Positions 24,810 through 38,847 of a DNA stretch of 64,000 bases are shown here, piece by piece. Source of the stretch: Neoechinorhynchus agilis (Eukaryota; Animalia; Acanthocephala); assembly GCA_051530055.1 (NCBI GenBank), contig CM121341.1:19198784-19262783 (forward strand). The letters are read 5' to 3'. Both the position numbers and the translations under genes were made by a program. Below the pieces are notes generated by a model. The model saw nothing but the letters and a program-made list of their open reading frames with translations. It did no database searches and had not been told where the DNA came from. Position 1 is the stretch's first letter. The number at the start of each line of letters is the position of its first letter.

Positions 24810-27361
24810 TTGCTGAGGGATATAAGTTATTCTGTGGGCACCTCCTCGGAGGCGAATTCGGTGAACTTGATGAGCGGAGAGTATAAAGGAAAGTCCATAA
24901 TTCTAAAAGTAATAACAATTAAAGATGCAAATCAGAACGTAGAGGCTCACATTGTTCGAAACTTTTATCCAACAATCAATGAACTTTACAACGCCTGGGC
25001 TCATACTTCGTCAAAATACCTTCAGCTAAATTCGGATTATGTCGAGGTAAGCGTACTTACAAGTCCTAAGCTGTTTTGTATTTTATTATTTCAAGGATCA
25101 TAACGCCAAAGAGTACAATATTCTTGAAATAACTCATTGGGCATCAATTTTAAGTCTTGATTTGATAGAGTTATCACTTATAATTCACGCTATTAATACG
25201 AACCGGGATTCGTTCAGTACACCTTTCAAGGCATATATACATCAAATGTGCAGCCTTCTTAGAATATTGAACATTGCGATCTTTACCATGGAAGGAATCA
25301 TTAAGATGGACAAACCAATAAACGATTTGGGTTTTAATATTTTTAAGGTTATAGACTGTCTTAAGGAACTACTTGGCGAATTTACTGGTCACCGAATCAC
25401 TCTCCCAATCGGAATTCCCTATCATTCCAATACTTGGCAGAACGAATTTAAGGACGCTACGCTCAAGTTAGTCGAAGCAATTTTCGATGACCAAGAAGGT
25501 ACATATGTTGTTAACTGTTATCCTTTATTATCTGATAAAATCGAATAGTTCCCGATGGATTTTTAAACGATTTAAGATCCCGACTAATCTTGGGGCGTGA
25601 CAAAATTCAAGCATTTAGTCGGACTTCCGATGATCCAACGTGAGTTGATCAAAAATTATGCTCTGCTGAAGTTGTAAGAGCAAGGTTCAATAGTTTTAAC
25701 CTTGGTAGAAGACCCATAGAGGCGGGCGTAACCCGCAAGAGATTATTGCTTTAGGAATTACAAAACGGCAAGGTCACAATATTTAAGCAAAATGGCAGAC
25801 TTCTCAGTGTGATAAGCACCAATGCCCCTATTTTAAACTATCATTTTAAAATAATTTTAGTTGTGTTTATTACTAACGAGTACCATTCTTTAGATTGAAA
25901 AGCAGTAAAGTTTATGGAGCACAGTTGGATGTTACTTCTGATTTAATTCGGATCTGCGAGCACATAATTCGTGACTTTGCGAAGATCGATCAATGTAGAT
26001 TACCAAGAAGTCCAAACAATAAATCTGATAGAACTTCGGTTTTCGACGAACTTATGACTCGCCTGCCTATAACAAGAAGCTTTACGTTATCTTCTCATGG
26101 AAAGCAAAATAAGATAAACCCTGACGCTGCGACCGGAACCATTGATTGGGGAAATATCGAGAAAATCCAAGACTTAATAATTGAACTATGCAAATGTAAG
26201 TCGGTCGAAGATGAGAATACCGATCGAACGAGTAATCAGGACCTTAACATGATACAGGTGATTATAAAGACGGCAATCAGTGAGCTTTATGATGATCAAA
26301 ATGTTTCGGTTTTGGACCAAGCGCTTAATGGGATTGAAATGGACCTTGAATTGTACCGTCAGTATGCCATATCGAATCTTTTCCGTCGTTTTCTGCTTGT
26401 ATCTCACGTTGATTTAAAGCCTATATTTGTCAAGGTGCATTCTGTACTGTTTCCAAATGATTTTTTGGGACTGAGCAACCATTTGGAAAGATTAATGAAG
26501 GTGGCTAAGACATACGCTTTTCGAAAAACTGGATCGGGAACATTGACGACAGAATCCTTTGCACAGACTGCAAAATGGTTGGGAAACCTTAAAGGAGTAA
26601 ATAACGCTGTTCTCTATGACACAATGGTTGATAAAGGTCTACGAGTAAAAACCGGGTGTACTTATCAGCGATTGGCTAGTGATTTGATAAAAAGCGTGAA
26701 GGAAAAATTCTCTCTTGATTCATTTTGTATTCTTAAGTATTCACTCCTGACAAGCCGTACTGATCGTTTTCCTGAATTCGATCAAGATACCAATAAAATT
26801 CCTGTATGGTTGTACAAATGGAACTTTTCACAAGGACCAATAAAGTTTAACGCCCCAGTGAACTGGAGTGAAATGAACTCGAGCAATTTTAACCGTGGAG
26901 ACAAAACATGGATATATAAAGTGGATTTTTCACTTAAAGAGGCCGTAGGTGAAATGTTGGGCGTTTTCAATTATGCGGGTGATATTTGTGACAAAGACGA
27001 AGTTCGAAAAACTTTGACCGATGCACCTGAACTACGTTCCGCGTTTCACATTCAAAATGATGACTGTATGAGTTTTAAGACAAAAGAGAGAGCGTGGAAC
27101 TCGCGCTCTTGCAATGGTGACTTCGAGGAAGCGTACAATACAAGCGATATTCAGAAGCACCCTAACCGCGTTGCGAGGTATTACCCTGATTGTGCTCATA
27201 TAAGTTTAAAGGATGATGCGACTTGTGGAGAACTTTCAGGTGGCAGTGGACGGAACAGTCAGAACAAAGAGCCAAACAGAAGTGTTAGAGAGTGGACGGA
27301 GAATGTGAAAGGAACACCGTGGCATGCCACTCTCGGAATTCATTCCACGAACTATCTATAA
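24810..27361 (+). CDS. Orphan multi-exon protein; 5' end and some middle exons unresolved
   Basis: Frame-preserving introns 25047-25095 (49 nt) and 25499-25548 (50 nt) link ORFs 24810-25103 and 25162-25548; long terminal open frame 25895-27361; no domain recognised. Confidence 0.55.
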
Positions 27362-27610
27362 GCGCAAAATAGAGACGTTCTGAATGCTAGACTATTTCAA
27401 TGACAACATAGCGCCTTTTCTTTTAGTTGTTAAAAAATCCAGTTTTAAACGATGCCTTCGTTAAAAATATGATTCACAATCAATTCTCGTTCATTATAAT
27501 TTCTCATATCTCTAAATTTTCCAAATTTAGCACAATTACTTACCTTAGAGAAAAGATAGCTTGTAATGAATTCGATCATCGATAGACAAAAAGATAAATC
27601 GAAAGCTTTT

Positions 27611-27950
27611 TGTTATGTTCTCCATGGATTTGAATAACTGGGTTTTTATCATGTCACACCAACCAGCCTGAGCAGGTAAGCTTTCTTGCCGTTTTCCTTC
27701 AGGCCACAGGCAACAAAGTGTTGCTCTAATAGTCCAAATGGGCAGAATTGAGGCACTGATGTTCGAGCTACATGTTTTCCCTGCTTCAGTTCTAGAATTC
27801 GTTCGTACAATTAACGATTCCTTGATTGTTCCTCCCTTAGCATCTGCAGCAATTCTTTTGCCATATCTACTTTACCTCGTCGCCAATTGTTGTGTTCTCC
27901 ATGGATTTGAATAACTGGTTTCCATTATGCCACACCAACCAGTCTCGGCA
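27611..27950. repeat. Pair of ~60-bp imperfect direct repeats about 277 bp apart
   Basis: tgtt(a/g)tgttctccatggatttgaataactgg...cacaccaaccag at ~27611 and ~27888. Confidence 0.8.
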
Positions 27951-29435
27951 CCACACACACCAATAAGTATATTAATAATTCCGTATGGCACTAATCGATA
28001 TATAAAAATATAAATCAATATATAACACTTTTAAGCTTAATACAGGAAAGCAAGTTGAAGTTTCTTCATAGTTGTGTATAAATAGATGCTCTTGAAGACA
28101 AACTTTCGCTCTAAGCAATGGCAGAGCAGTCAAATCGGCTAACGGTTTAGTGTTTATAAAAGTATTATTAAGAGCTCGAATGAGCACAGATGATAAAGCT
28201 TCCTTTTGAACAGATACATAATTATTTTTTAAGTAATCAAATCGACCATGTGCACAAAAAAATTTATTGTGCTAAGAAGCTTTTTTAGTTTTTTACAACA
28301 CGAAACCTGTTGCCTGATCACGAAAACCTGCGAAAATATGGAAACAGGTAAAAATTGTCTCCCATTGCTACAATAGGCAGGGTCGTTATTTATTCATTAC
28401 CCCAAACTTTTTTCTTGCAGTTCAAAACAGAGGTATGTCAAAATAATATACCTTCAATATTATACCCCCTATTGGCTCGCAAGTTTCCGTCTTGTTTCCA
28501 TGGAGACTATGCTCGTAAGAAAACTTAAATGTTGATTTGTCAGTGTTCAGTTTCGCATTAATATTTCAGCAATGAACATTTACAGACCGCTCATTTGCAC
28601 ACTTTGTCTTGTATTCTGTTCATCAATCTCAATGGCATTACGCGGACGTGAAGTGCCTGGGAAGGATATTGATAAGTCTTTTTTTGCTGGAGTTGCGGGT
28701 ACTGAATATAATGAGCATGAATGATTAGTCATAGATGGCGGACACTAGATGAGCGATTTTGCTATAATAAAACTACAATGTCTTTTTAATGAATTCTGCA
28801 TCATTAAGCATAGGTAACCTAAGGAAACAGCACATAAACCAATTGATTTGATCCAAAACCTAGACGAGCATGATTTGAGCTTGAGTCAACCATGCGTTTA
28901 AAGAAAGCAATTGTCCATTAAACACTAATTGCTGAATCCGCATCCGTAACTAAAAATTGTAAAACCAATCACAGTTGTTTGGAGTTATCGATAGAGAGAC
29001 AAGTTTAGAGATATCATGTAGACGCTAAGCGATCAAACATGGTTGCACACAAAATGTGGTTGGGGCATGAAATGGACCATTAATGAACTAATGAAGCACT
29101 TATCGGAAAGTCGTTGAAGCGATTGATGCACAAAGATATTCACTCATTGCATTATCAAAATAATGAAACGATCAATGCATTGTTGCGAAGTTCTTTAGAA
29201 TAAACCCGGTGATGATTAACTAAAATTACGTTCGAACTGTTTCACTATATAGTATTCGTTTGATAGTTGTGCATCTAAATTGAAAATGGCTAACAAAAGA
29301 TCGTAAAGTGTTAGTAGTTAACACCCGTCCGATCCTTCACTAGTGCCAGAGATCATGGCACAGCGTAAAAAGGGAGAAGTCCAGTTGTAAAGCCGTAAAT
29401 AATGTTAGTGTTATCTTTATACACGATTTCTCTAA

Positions 29436-30937
29436 TCACACAGTGCTGAACGTCCCATCCTTCATGCTTTGTTCAAAATATTTGCCTATCCTAACATGTT
29501 TGCGACTCTCCGTCTGATATATGTCATCTTCTGGAGACTTACTGGTTTCGGTCATTTCAACGCGATTTTCCGGACTGATAGATAGAGCAACTCTCTTAGG
29601 AGAAAGATGACGGGCAGTAAAATCCCTAACAGTTGGATCTGACGAGTCAATGGGACTCGAATCACGAGTTGGCATGCTCAGTTGGCGATAGAAGACAAAC
29701 GCCATGGCACATATCATGGAGGATAGGAAGCAAAAAAAGGCTGCAACAAGCTCCAGAATAAATGAAGAACCTGCTTTGACTACCATTGAATGAGCCAGAG
29801 CGTTGTTTGCACGTGAGATCATTTTACGTGAAAGGAGCTTTACTGGTACCCAAAGCTCAATTCCTCTTTAAGATCAGAAACAGGATATTGTCGTGATTGT
29901 CTTATATGAAATACAGAGTCCAAAAGATGTGTTACTTCAGCCCTCTGGTTCTTCCAATGGTACATTATGATTAGAAGGAAAAAGAGATTTGATAGGGCGA
30001 ATAAGATACAAGACAAGACTAGGATTAGTTTCCTAGGCGACAGTAGGTTCCGCTCATGAAGGCAACTTCCTATAGCCAAAAGAAGCACGCCGATAAGACA
30101 CAATAGGGTAAGAATGTAAAGTCTAAATATTTTCCTTGCGTATGGCATATATTCGCAGGAACATCGGTAGGCAGAATCTTCGTCATTTTTGTGGTTCCGT
30201 GATAATGATGGTGTCCTGTGCCATTTTACTAGTCCTCCGTCGTTTGCGAGTCGATTCTCGAAGCTGCAATCAGTACTGAAAGCACAGGTGGATGGCAGAT
30301 GAGATTTTCCGTCGTTCGCGGAGGCCATTATACGTCTTTGGTCATTATTTAGAAGAAGTCGAGATCGTCTCCTGGCAATCGTGATCACTTTATTTTGAGT
30401 GCATAATTTTTGTTGCTTACGGTTGATGTGGTTACCGCCAGTCGACTGGTGGTGATATAGTGTACACTTCAAGAATAGGCCGTATCGGTATTGTTCATCA
30501 AGGCTATACATTTTTTCATAGATATTCAATATTCCTTCTCGATTGACAACATCATCAAGCAGTGATAAGCTCTGTACAGTCTCACTTACCGACCTTTCTA
30601 GGTGCAGAGTTTTCCAATGGTCGATAAAAAACGTCAATACATGGCACATGATGGACAACAGGCAGAGTACAATGAACACAGCGTACCAGCCCGATTTAAA
30701 TCCGGTAAATATAGAATGCTGTAACGGTTGGTAGAGCTGGTTATGAGGATGTTCAGTTTGAAGTGCTTCTGACTGGCTAAATCGTCTTCTGTCCTCAGGA
30801 AGATCGTTGTGCTGGTACTGGCAAAGCGTGGATGCCAATACCATCAAAAAAAGAGCACCTTTGTATGCAGTTGTCTTGATCGACGATGTCAGTATTGAAC
30901 CGGGCAACATAAGGCCGACTGTCGGTCCGGTCGGCAC
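29436..30937 (-). CDS. Claudin/PMP22-like four-TM protein, split by a frame change near 29840
   Basis: TM1 ending in HW, first loop with GLFLKC plus further cysteines, TM2 and TM3 in ORF 29840-30937; TM4 with GSSFILELVAA in ORF 29436-29822; junction needs an intron or an indel. Confidence 0.55.
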
Positions 30938-31264
30938 AGCACTCGGGGCCGTGCCAATTACCTGGTTCTAGAAACTGTTGTTGTTGGCAGCAGCAATTGT
31001 AGCTTGAATAAAGGATGGACAGAAGATACTCGATTGTGCTGACTTGACTTGTCGTTGAGGCAAATCTCATCGCAATAACAGCTTTAGCAAAACTGGGTAA
31101 AACACAGGTTCGGCCTCAATCTCTGAAGTGGGATTCCTTTAAGGAATGTAGGGCAAGTCTTATATAATGTGAATGAGAGAAAGCGGTCGAGATACACACA
31201 TTAGACCGGGAGACGTCGCGATCTAAAAAGAATGTGACATGGATTATACTTTCTCATGGTGTTT

Positions 31265-31500
31265 CTAAAAGTGGTACGCTGCCATCGCCGCCGCAGCCGA
31301 CAGCGGGCGTGTGACAGGCGTTGTGGTATGGGGGTAGGCGATAGTTTTGGTGGTGTACAGATTTTGTTGTTGGATGAAGCACAGGCTGCTGCTGACTGAA
31401 ATGTCGATTTTAATCAAATTAATGGGCTGGCCTCCGCGGTTTTTTTGGAGGAGTGGTGCGTTACAATAGAAATGTGAGAGCATGGAGAGTAAATCAAGTG
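31265..31500 (-). mobile_element. Possible degenerate LINE APE-endonuclease fragment
   Basis: QKNRGGQPINLIK..I resembles the R..GGGV..LIK motif of Jockey/L2 APE domains; weak. Confidence 0.25.
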
Positions 31501-33227
31501 CGGAAATTAGAAGATGGGGATGGATAAAGTGTAAAAGTCGCTAGTGAATGACTTTTAAATAAGTGAGGATCAGATTAATTCTCTGATTGTAACACGTAGT
31601 GTACGTAACTTTTAGGTACTTTTACAAGATTAGTGAGTCCATTGTGGTCCTCTGAAAGAGAAACACTTTTTATAAGGTTTTTCCGTGGGAAAGGTAATGA
31701 GGCTGTCGGGTTTGACGAATGATTGGCATTAATTTATGAGAATGTGGCGCAGGTTTTTCCCAGATAGGCGCTTAAAATGGATGGAGCATTGTGGGAACAA
31801 AAATATTGTAAACTTTAAGACTGATTTTTGTTACCATGATGGTTTTTCTATAAACAGAATAAGATACTGAGAGTGAGAACATGTGTAAAGTCCCGGCTCA
31901 TCTCTAGCTACCACACGATAGATTCTCGTTCGTCTGTCAACTTCTTATAAACCTTCACATGAATCTTCGTTCTCATTGATTAAGATGGTGGCGGAGAAAT
32001 CGGGTAAGAAGAGAGTCCTCGTCTACAAATGGATCACTGTAGGATGGAGAATGTCACATTGGAAAGTTAATCTTGGCAAAAGACCTAAATAGTGTACAAG
32101 CATTTCGATCCAATTGAAGACGACACGAACTGCGCTAGCAAGCGATAAGACTTGCGCTAACGAAAACCTAGCTTTTGGCGCACCTCATCAAAGTGCTCCA
32201 ACCGACAAAAATTGATCCACACTTTCGCGCTTCTCCCTTTTTCCAATACGGTACCGCTGCACTGCTACTGCTGCAACTAGACGGAAATAGCGGAATCTGT
32301 GCGCGTTTTGTATGTGACAATGAAACAGCAATGCACTTGATGTCAAATTCTTGGGACAGCTTGATAAAATATATCACCATCGAGTGCTCCATGGAGTTCG
32401 CCAAACCCTAAGGGACTTTGATCTCCTTTTACTTGCGCGCAGACGCACACGAAAAATTCTGAGCCAATAATGAATTGGAGACAGCTTCGTGTACCGGTTA
32501 CAAAGCCACCATAACCAACAATTTATAATAAATCTTGTGCTTCGTACACTATAGCAATATCAAACTTAAAATGACAAGTGCGGTATTCCCAGTGAGGAGG
32601 GGAGCGGACACCTTGAATCAAACAAGAGTAAACTGATCCATCGATTAGGTATAAGTGATCTTTGTCGGGAATTTGACAGGCTCATCAAAAAAGAACAAAT
32701 TAACGGCGAAATGCTCTATACTGCTGAAAATATCAAATGAATTATCGATCACTCAGCAAGGACGAACTGACAAATCGGTTTGCAATTACACTCCTAATTT
32801 CGCTACCGATGATTAGTGAATTCTTCGTTCGCATAATCCTCGTTTTGTGTCTACCAAAACTGTCACAATGACATGAAAATGAAAGGCATCAAATCCGCAT
32901 TCCGCGGAAAGTTATCAATTTGTTTTCCCCCAAAAAGGAACAAGCCTCTTGTGACTATACGATCGCCTAATATGTAACTAACCATGGCGAAAAAGAAGAG
33001 TATTCCCTCTCAATACTTCTTGAAATAACCTTAGTAAACCGATTTTCGGTTTTTTTACAGTAGTGCGCTAAAAGGGTCCTTTTTCAAAATCATACCATAA
33101 CCCAACAAATACCTCTCCATTCAGCCGTACACAAATGTCTCCATGGTAACATTAACTTACACGTCAGTCTCTGGACGACATTTACACCATGAAAGGGAAG
33201 TAGTCAGCTCCAAGGATACAGTTTTCA

Positions 33228-34265
33228 ATGTACATACCGAAAAGAAGGAAAGCTGAAGTTACAGGGAGATCGCGCAGCAGATTAATACCAAAAAGCAGAA
33301 ATGCAGCGGACAGCAACAATGCTAAACGCAACGTGAAACTAAGAAATTCACCATTAGTTGACAATAAATTTAGGTGCCTCCCGGAAATGGATTTGCCGCC
33401 ACTAGGAGAATATCTAAGAAGGACATTCGTTACTATCCGAAATCGACAAATGTTCTTATACATTGGAAAGGTCAGCTTGTTTAAGTTAGCTGGCGTTGAT
33501 GCTCAGCGAAATGGCAAGACCGAATTTATATTCATACCGGTAATTGAGGTAGGCACAAACCACGGTGATGATGAGAAATGGCAGGAGTTCCAAAATGCGA
33601 AAGTAGTATCTCAAACACCAGCAAACATGTCTGTAGCATCAGAAAACACTGTTAATACTGCCCAGATCAACCCGAAAAGACCTTTCGACAAACAATGGTA
33701 TTCAGAAAGTAAGATCGAAGAAAGTGGTAATAAATACGGATATGCGCATTCTGAAAGAGATGATGACTCCGAATACGATTTAGAACCTGAAGGAGCTAAA
33801 AACACGGGCCGGAGAGCAGTAATTGAAAATTCGAAGGTCGATAACCAAGATCCCCGAAAGCCCATTGGAAATGCATCTAAACAGACCGATCGCCTCACGG
33901 GTTACGATGCAGTTTTGGCCAAACCGGATCGAAATAACCATGTAGGACAGCCAGTTCGGATGCAGTTCTCAAATAATGGCTCGCATTTTGGACAAAATCT
34001 ACATGCATCTTCAACACTTTTCAACTATTCAAAAGAAGATTTAGAGAAACGGCAATTATTCAGTCAGTTTACATCTTACGGGACTACCAGCTCTAAGCTT
34101 TCAAGTGAGCTGCGAGGTAAGCGATCTCATAATGGTAGTGCTAGCTTTTCTACCAATACTTCATACATGAAGAAAGATAACGAGCGAAGTTTGGATGTGT
34201 GGACAGAAATAGAGGAAGTGTTAACTAGACTGCAATCTCTGTCAGCTAAATTGGTTTCCGAGTAA
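33228..34265 (+). CDS. Hypothetical 345-aa protein, mostly low complexity
   Basis: Uninterrupted ATG-initiated ORF; no recognisable domain. Confidence 0.5.
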   Translation: MYIPKRRKAEVTGRSRSRLIPKSRNAADSNNAKRNVKLRNSPLVDNKFRCLPEMDLPPLGEYLRRTFVTIRNRQMFLYIGKVSLFKLAGVDAQRNGKTEFIFIPVIEVGTNHGDDEKWQEFQNAKVVSQTPANMSVASENTVNTAQINPKRPFDKQWYSESKIEESGNKYGYAHSERDDDSEYDLEPEGAKNTGRRAVIENSKVDNQDPRKPIGNASKQTDRLTGYDAVLAKPDRNNHVGQPVRMQFSNNGSHFGQNLHASSTLFNYSKEDLEKRQLFSQFTSYGTTSSKLSSELRGKRSHNGSASFSTNTSYMKKDNERSLDVWTEIEEVLTRLQSLSAKLVSE

Positions 34266-36541
34266 AGTGTTGTTTTTATGCGTCTTAGCACAGTGTTCGT
34301 TCAGCCGGGATAAAGACGTTGGTTTCATTATTTAGACAATGGAACGGGGAGCATCTTGAATAGATCATGGAAGTGTGATCTTCTCGCAGCTCAATTATAT
34401 TTTCTAGAGATGGATTACCGGTAGACTGTTTCGTGTTAAATAAACATTCAAAATGTTACATTGCTCATCGCGGCATTCTGAGCATCCCAAGGCATAATGC
34501 GCGCATTAATACGATCGATTGAGAGTAGAACATGCGACAAAAACCTCAAAAACGGATGCGAGTTTGTTTTAGTGAAGAGATGTTTCCTCAAGGAAGTCAT
34601 TTTTGGCATCAGACTGCCGTGCGCAGAATAACTTGCATTCGTTCGAGCGCAGCATCATATCGAACATATTTGCTCAAAGAAAACAACGGGGCAGAAGGAA
34701 GCGGACTGAGACATTTTAAGGAAAAACATTACAGCAATCACTGGAGGGGAAAAATTCCACTATGAGCTTGTTTACTTCAAATGTCGAGAAGCTAATTATG
34801 AAGTCAGAAGTTAAATCTGAGTTTGATGTCATGTTTCGAAATTAATTCGTTATATCGGCTTCCCTTGCTCAGATATTCAATTAAAAACTCAAGTGAATAA
34901 ACGCGTATTAGCCCGAATTTTGCCACCAGTGCATCCTAAATTCTTGGGCGATTGTCATTCATATGATTTCGATAAACTGATACGGCATCTAAAGAAATAC
35001 CAAAATGCCCAAAGGTTCACACTAGAAATTTGCGACAATGATGCTGATATAAGCCAATGCAATTTTTAAATTTTTCTTGCTGACCAAGTATTGATATTAA
35101 TATTGGACAAATCCAATGTATCTAAAGCCTAAAATAATGAAATATAAGACAACAATTTGTCATAATCGCAGTGCAACATTAGTAGTTGAAAAAAGAATGC
35201 GAAAAAATGTCGACATAAAAAGTATAAAAATTATTAAGCGATTCAATCCATTCGGCTGAGTTAAAGCAATAGGAGTCAATTGAAAATACTAGTTTCTTTT
35301 GCAAAAGCTCAGTTGTAAGGATTTTCAATTTTATAATATAGGGAAGCTTTGGAATTAAAATACAATTCGGGGCCAGTTTCAAGCAGAAAATTGGTTATAG
35401 GCTTCATATACCGAAATAAAAGCTTCAATATCGTCCATGCGAAACTTTGGTAGCGGATAAGATTTAGTCCCAGGAAATAAGAAGTCAAATCTAAGGTAAG
35501 ATTGTTAGAAGCGTTGAAACTATAGCTAATGGCGCACAACCAAAGGGGGCGAAATAACGCTGAAAGTAGGAAACTCACTGATGAGTGCCTCATACTCGGG
35601 AGATATCGGACTATCCGGAGGGATGTATAAACTCATAAGCGCATTATTAAGGGTTAAAATTATTCATTCGCTTCCCTGACCCATATTGATGGGCTGTGGA
35701 AAAGGCCTCACTTCAGCACAGAATAAATATAACTAAAATTAAATTTCAATTTTCTAACAATCGAAGCAGTTTTCACTTAAGGAATAAAAATGTTTGGAAC
35801 GCGAGTGCAAAAGTTGTGTTTTATGGGCTGCGAGAAATGTACCTTCCTAGGTTCACATTTGTAGTCTATAGCAATGGATAATTAATTCATCCAGGAATGT
35901 TTCCATGTCGAACACCCAAAGGGAATATCATTTGCATAGCATCCATTATCTGTAGATTCCCCAATGACGAATAGTAATTGAAGACAGATGACCAATGAAA
36001 TTCCTAAATTGTCTAGATTTTAGGTAATCTTAGAGGGATACTTAGATGTGACATTAGAGCTGGAAAATGTGCTCCGAATGCAGGTTAAGAGCAAACATGT
36101 TAAGATAAGTTGAGTATTGCTTGAACATTGTCAAATCAAAATAATTTATGTATGTCAGAGTGTGGAAGCGCACTCTGATAACATATCGACGACCGATGTG
36201 AGTGATTTTTCTTATAAGGATCCAGCCAACCTAAAGGGGAGGGAAACGTTTGAGTATCGCTGAAATCGAGTATGAAAGCATAGGCCGTTTGAAAATCGGC
36301 TTCGGACTACTCGTAGTTTTGACCGTCACTTCAGCACTTCACGGAATCGCCGTTAATTAAAAGCAGAGAAAATGCAGAGAAGCTGGATTTTCTTAAAGAA
36401 AAAGACTGCTTCGGTATTTAGTAAAGTATAAACAGCAATGTGTGAAAGGGATCCTAAGATTTCAATCACACACACGACTATCATTGGGTATTCGAGGATT
36501 TGTGTATAATATCTGACATTGTCAAGCGCGCTTTGAAGAGG

Positions 36542-38310
36542 TCATTTCCTGAATCCATTGGTTAACATATCTCTCGAAGGTTGTGATCGTTTTATTCTCT
36601 GTCGTCTTATCATCAGATAACGGCTGGGGTAGAGGCGATATGGATGTATATGCTTTTCGTGAATAGCAACGGAATGATCACGTCGAACGTGAGCAATACC
36701 TAACATTGCCGTGGCACCGATTGAAATAAAGAGACAAAAAATTAAGAACAGTAAGAGTTTTGAAGAAAGGTAAAGCCGTGAAATGTCGTCCGTGAACTTT
36801 GATTCAACAGATCGTAGACTTGAGTTTATGTCATTTATGAGTGACAGAGTTTCCTGTGAGTGCTTTAAATATAATTCTCCTGAAAGATTGTTAAAACAGT
36901 CAAGTAGAGTTTTGAGTGCCTCGATTTGTGACTTGTAATGTTGACTGAGTTGCTCGAGGTACGCATTTGTAAGCGATACGTTCTTATCGAGTTTTTGTAT
37001 CTTTTGATTGAGTCGAATTAAAGGAGGAATATTTGATTTTGATGAACTGTCCTCGCTGGTTCGATTAAAGTACGCACAAGAACCACTAGAATGACCAAGC
37101 GATGAGTTGGATAAATAACTTGGTTTCGTGAGCAGTAACTGTAAGTATCCATGGTAGTCATTGAGTGGATTAATGCTTCGTTGTAATAATCCTGATGACA
37201 TACGTTTAGACATTTGACAAAGTACTGAGCACTCCAAATCGGCACCTTTTGCTTGAAGGCCTCCAATTACATCATCACCGGTCTCCGTAGATTCAAGTTC
37301 AGCGTCGATGTGTTCATCGAATACAGTTCCGAACACTCGGAAAGAAGAAAGGGCACAATTTTGCTCGGTTCCGTACGTATCCAATATATCTGCCCTCACA
37401 TATTTAACGTACAGATTTGACCTATTCGTAGAAAATCGTTGTACTTTGCGTTCATTTTCACATGCAAATACATCAAGAATGGGTTGACCATCCCAATATG
37501 TTTTACGATGAACGATCTCAGGCTCATTTGCAGACTGGTTCACGGGCACTACTATTGCAGCCGATCTATTATTAGGACGAGTTGGAATGTAAGTTTTTGC
37601 ATTGCTTACTCGCAGTTCAATGACTTTAGGAAGATTGACAAACAGCTCTAAAGTGCCAAGTTCAATGTGAGTTATACGTATTAGTGTCAGATGATCGAAA
37701 AGATGCTATGTTCCCAGTTCAATTACCGCCGAACAACTAACAGCTCCTATGGGCTCACATAGTTGAACAACGAACCACATTTTCGATCGCCGTGGACATA
37801 GCATGTAAGTATCCGGACTATCATGTAAAACATTTTTTACATACTTCGAATCCATACTGTGTTCAATAATCTTTGAACCACAAGAAGCACTCGCATAGTT
37901 CTTTTGGGGAACATTGGTAACATCGGGATGCGATGTAGCTGTATGATTGTGCCTCGAATAGAATTCGCTATCGTTTTGCGGAATCATCGATTGAGCTCCA
38001 TTTGTTGTTTGTTTATCATTAAACGATCTGATTCGTATATTTTTCCATTCCTCAAACGAGGAAATGTTGGAGTCTAGAACGTAAACAACCGAGGATGATT
38101 CAGGTATCATTACGGTATCGTTTGTCCCATTGCAATATGAGTCAAATTGATTTTGTTTTGGGAGTAAAATAAACGCACATCAGAAAACCAATTTGAGCAT
38201 TTCGGTGAATGGTCTAGCATCTTCGAGCCCGACAAGGATCGGATACATAAACAACACATGGTACACAAAAGTCGGACCATTATTTGCAGATCCCAATTGT
38301 CGCTGAACAT
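36542..38310 (-). CDS. SUCO: SUN-domain ossification factor (SUCO/Slp1-like)
   Basis: KNYASASCGSKII, YMLCP, WFVVQLCEPI, KYVRADILDTYGTEQNCALSSFRVFGT, coiled coil LNQKIQKLDKNVSLTNAYLEQLSQHYK and a C-terminal TM; at least one short intron near 37700; 5' junction at 38110 unresolved. Confidence 0.85.
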
Positions 38311-38847
38311 CGTTCTAATCTAAAAATCGATCACAATTTTCGTTTAAATTGGTTCATCGGGAAGTAATGCCAAAAGGCATTGTAAACCAAAAGCTACTTT
38401 CAATAAAGACAAAGAGGTGCCACCTTGAGAAATAAATAGACAATATTTGGGTTCGTCAATGATAAAATACTGCTTGTTCGCAAACTAAATTGACATTAGA
38501 AGACAAGTTGTAAAACTCAAAGTTATCGTCGGAATCTCCTTTTGTTTAGATTAAAAAGGGGAGCTGTGGCCTAAAGTACTAGTCAGCAAAAGACATTGAT
38601 TAGCAATCTATACACTTGCATCATTGAACGCGAACAGCAATGATTTTTCTTGACATAATAGGATTCATAATGAACCATAACTATCGTCGTGTGGTTAATG
38701 AGGTGATAAAAATAAGAGGGTTGACTTTGAAATGCCCAATCTTAAGCAGATTCTAATGATTGAAATACTATCACACGTTGCTTAAGCAAATGCGTATCTG
38801 ATAGAGAATTCAATTGCGGTAGCATTTCTTGATTTATTTGACGAATC

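Noticed and set aside
27660-27760. SAP-domain-like GLKENGKKAYLLRL on the minus strand
   Set aside because: Very short match in a stop-filled frame with no supporting context
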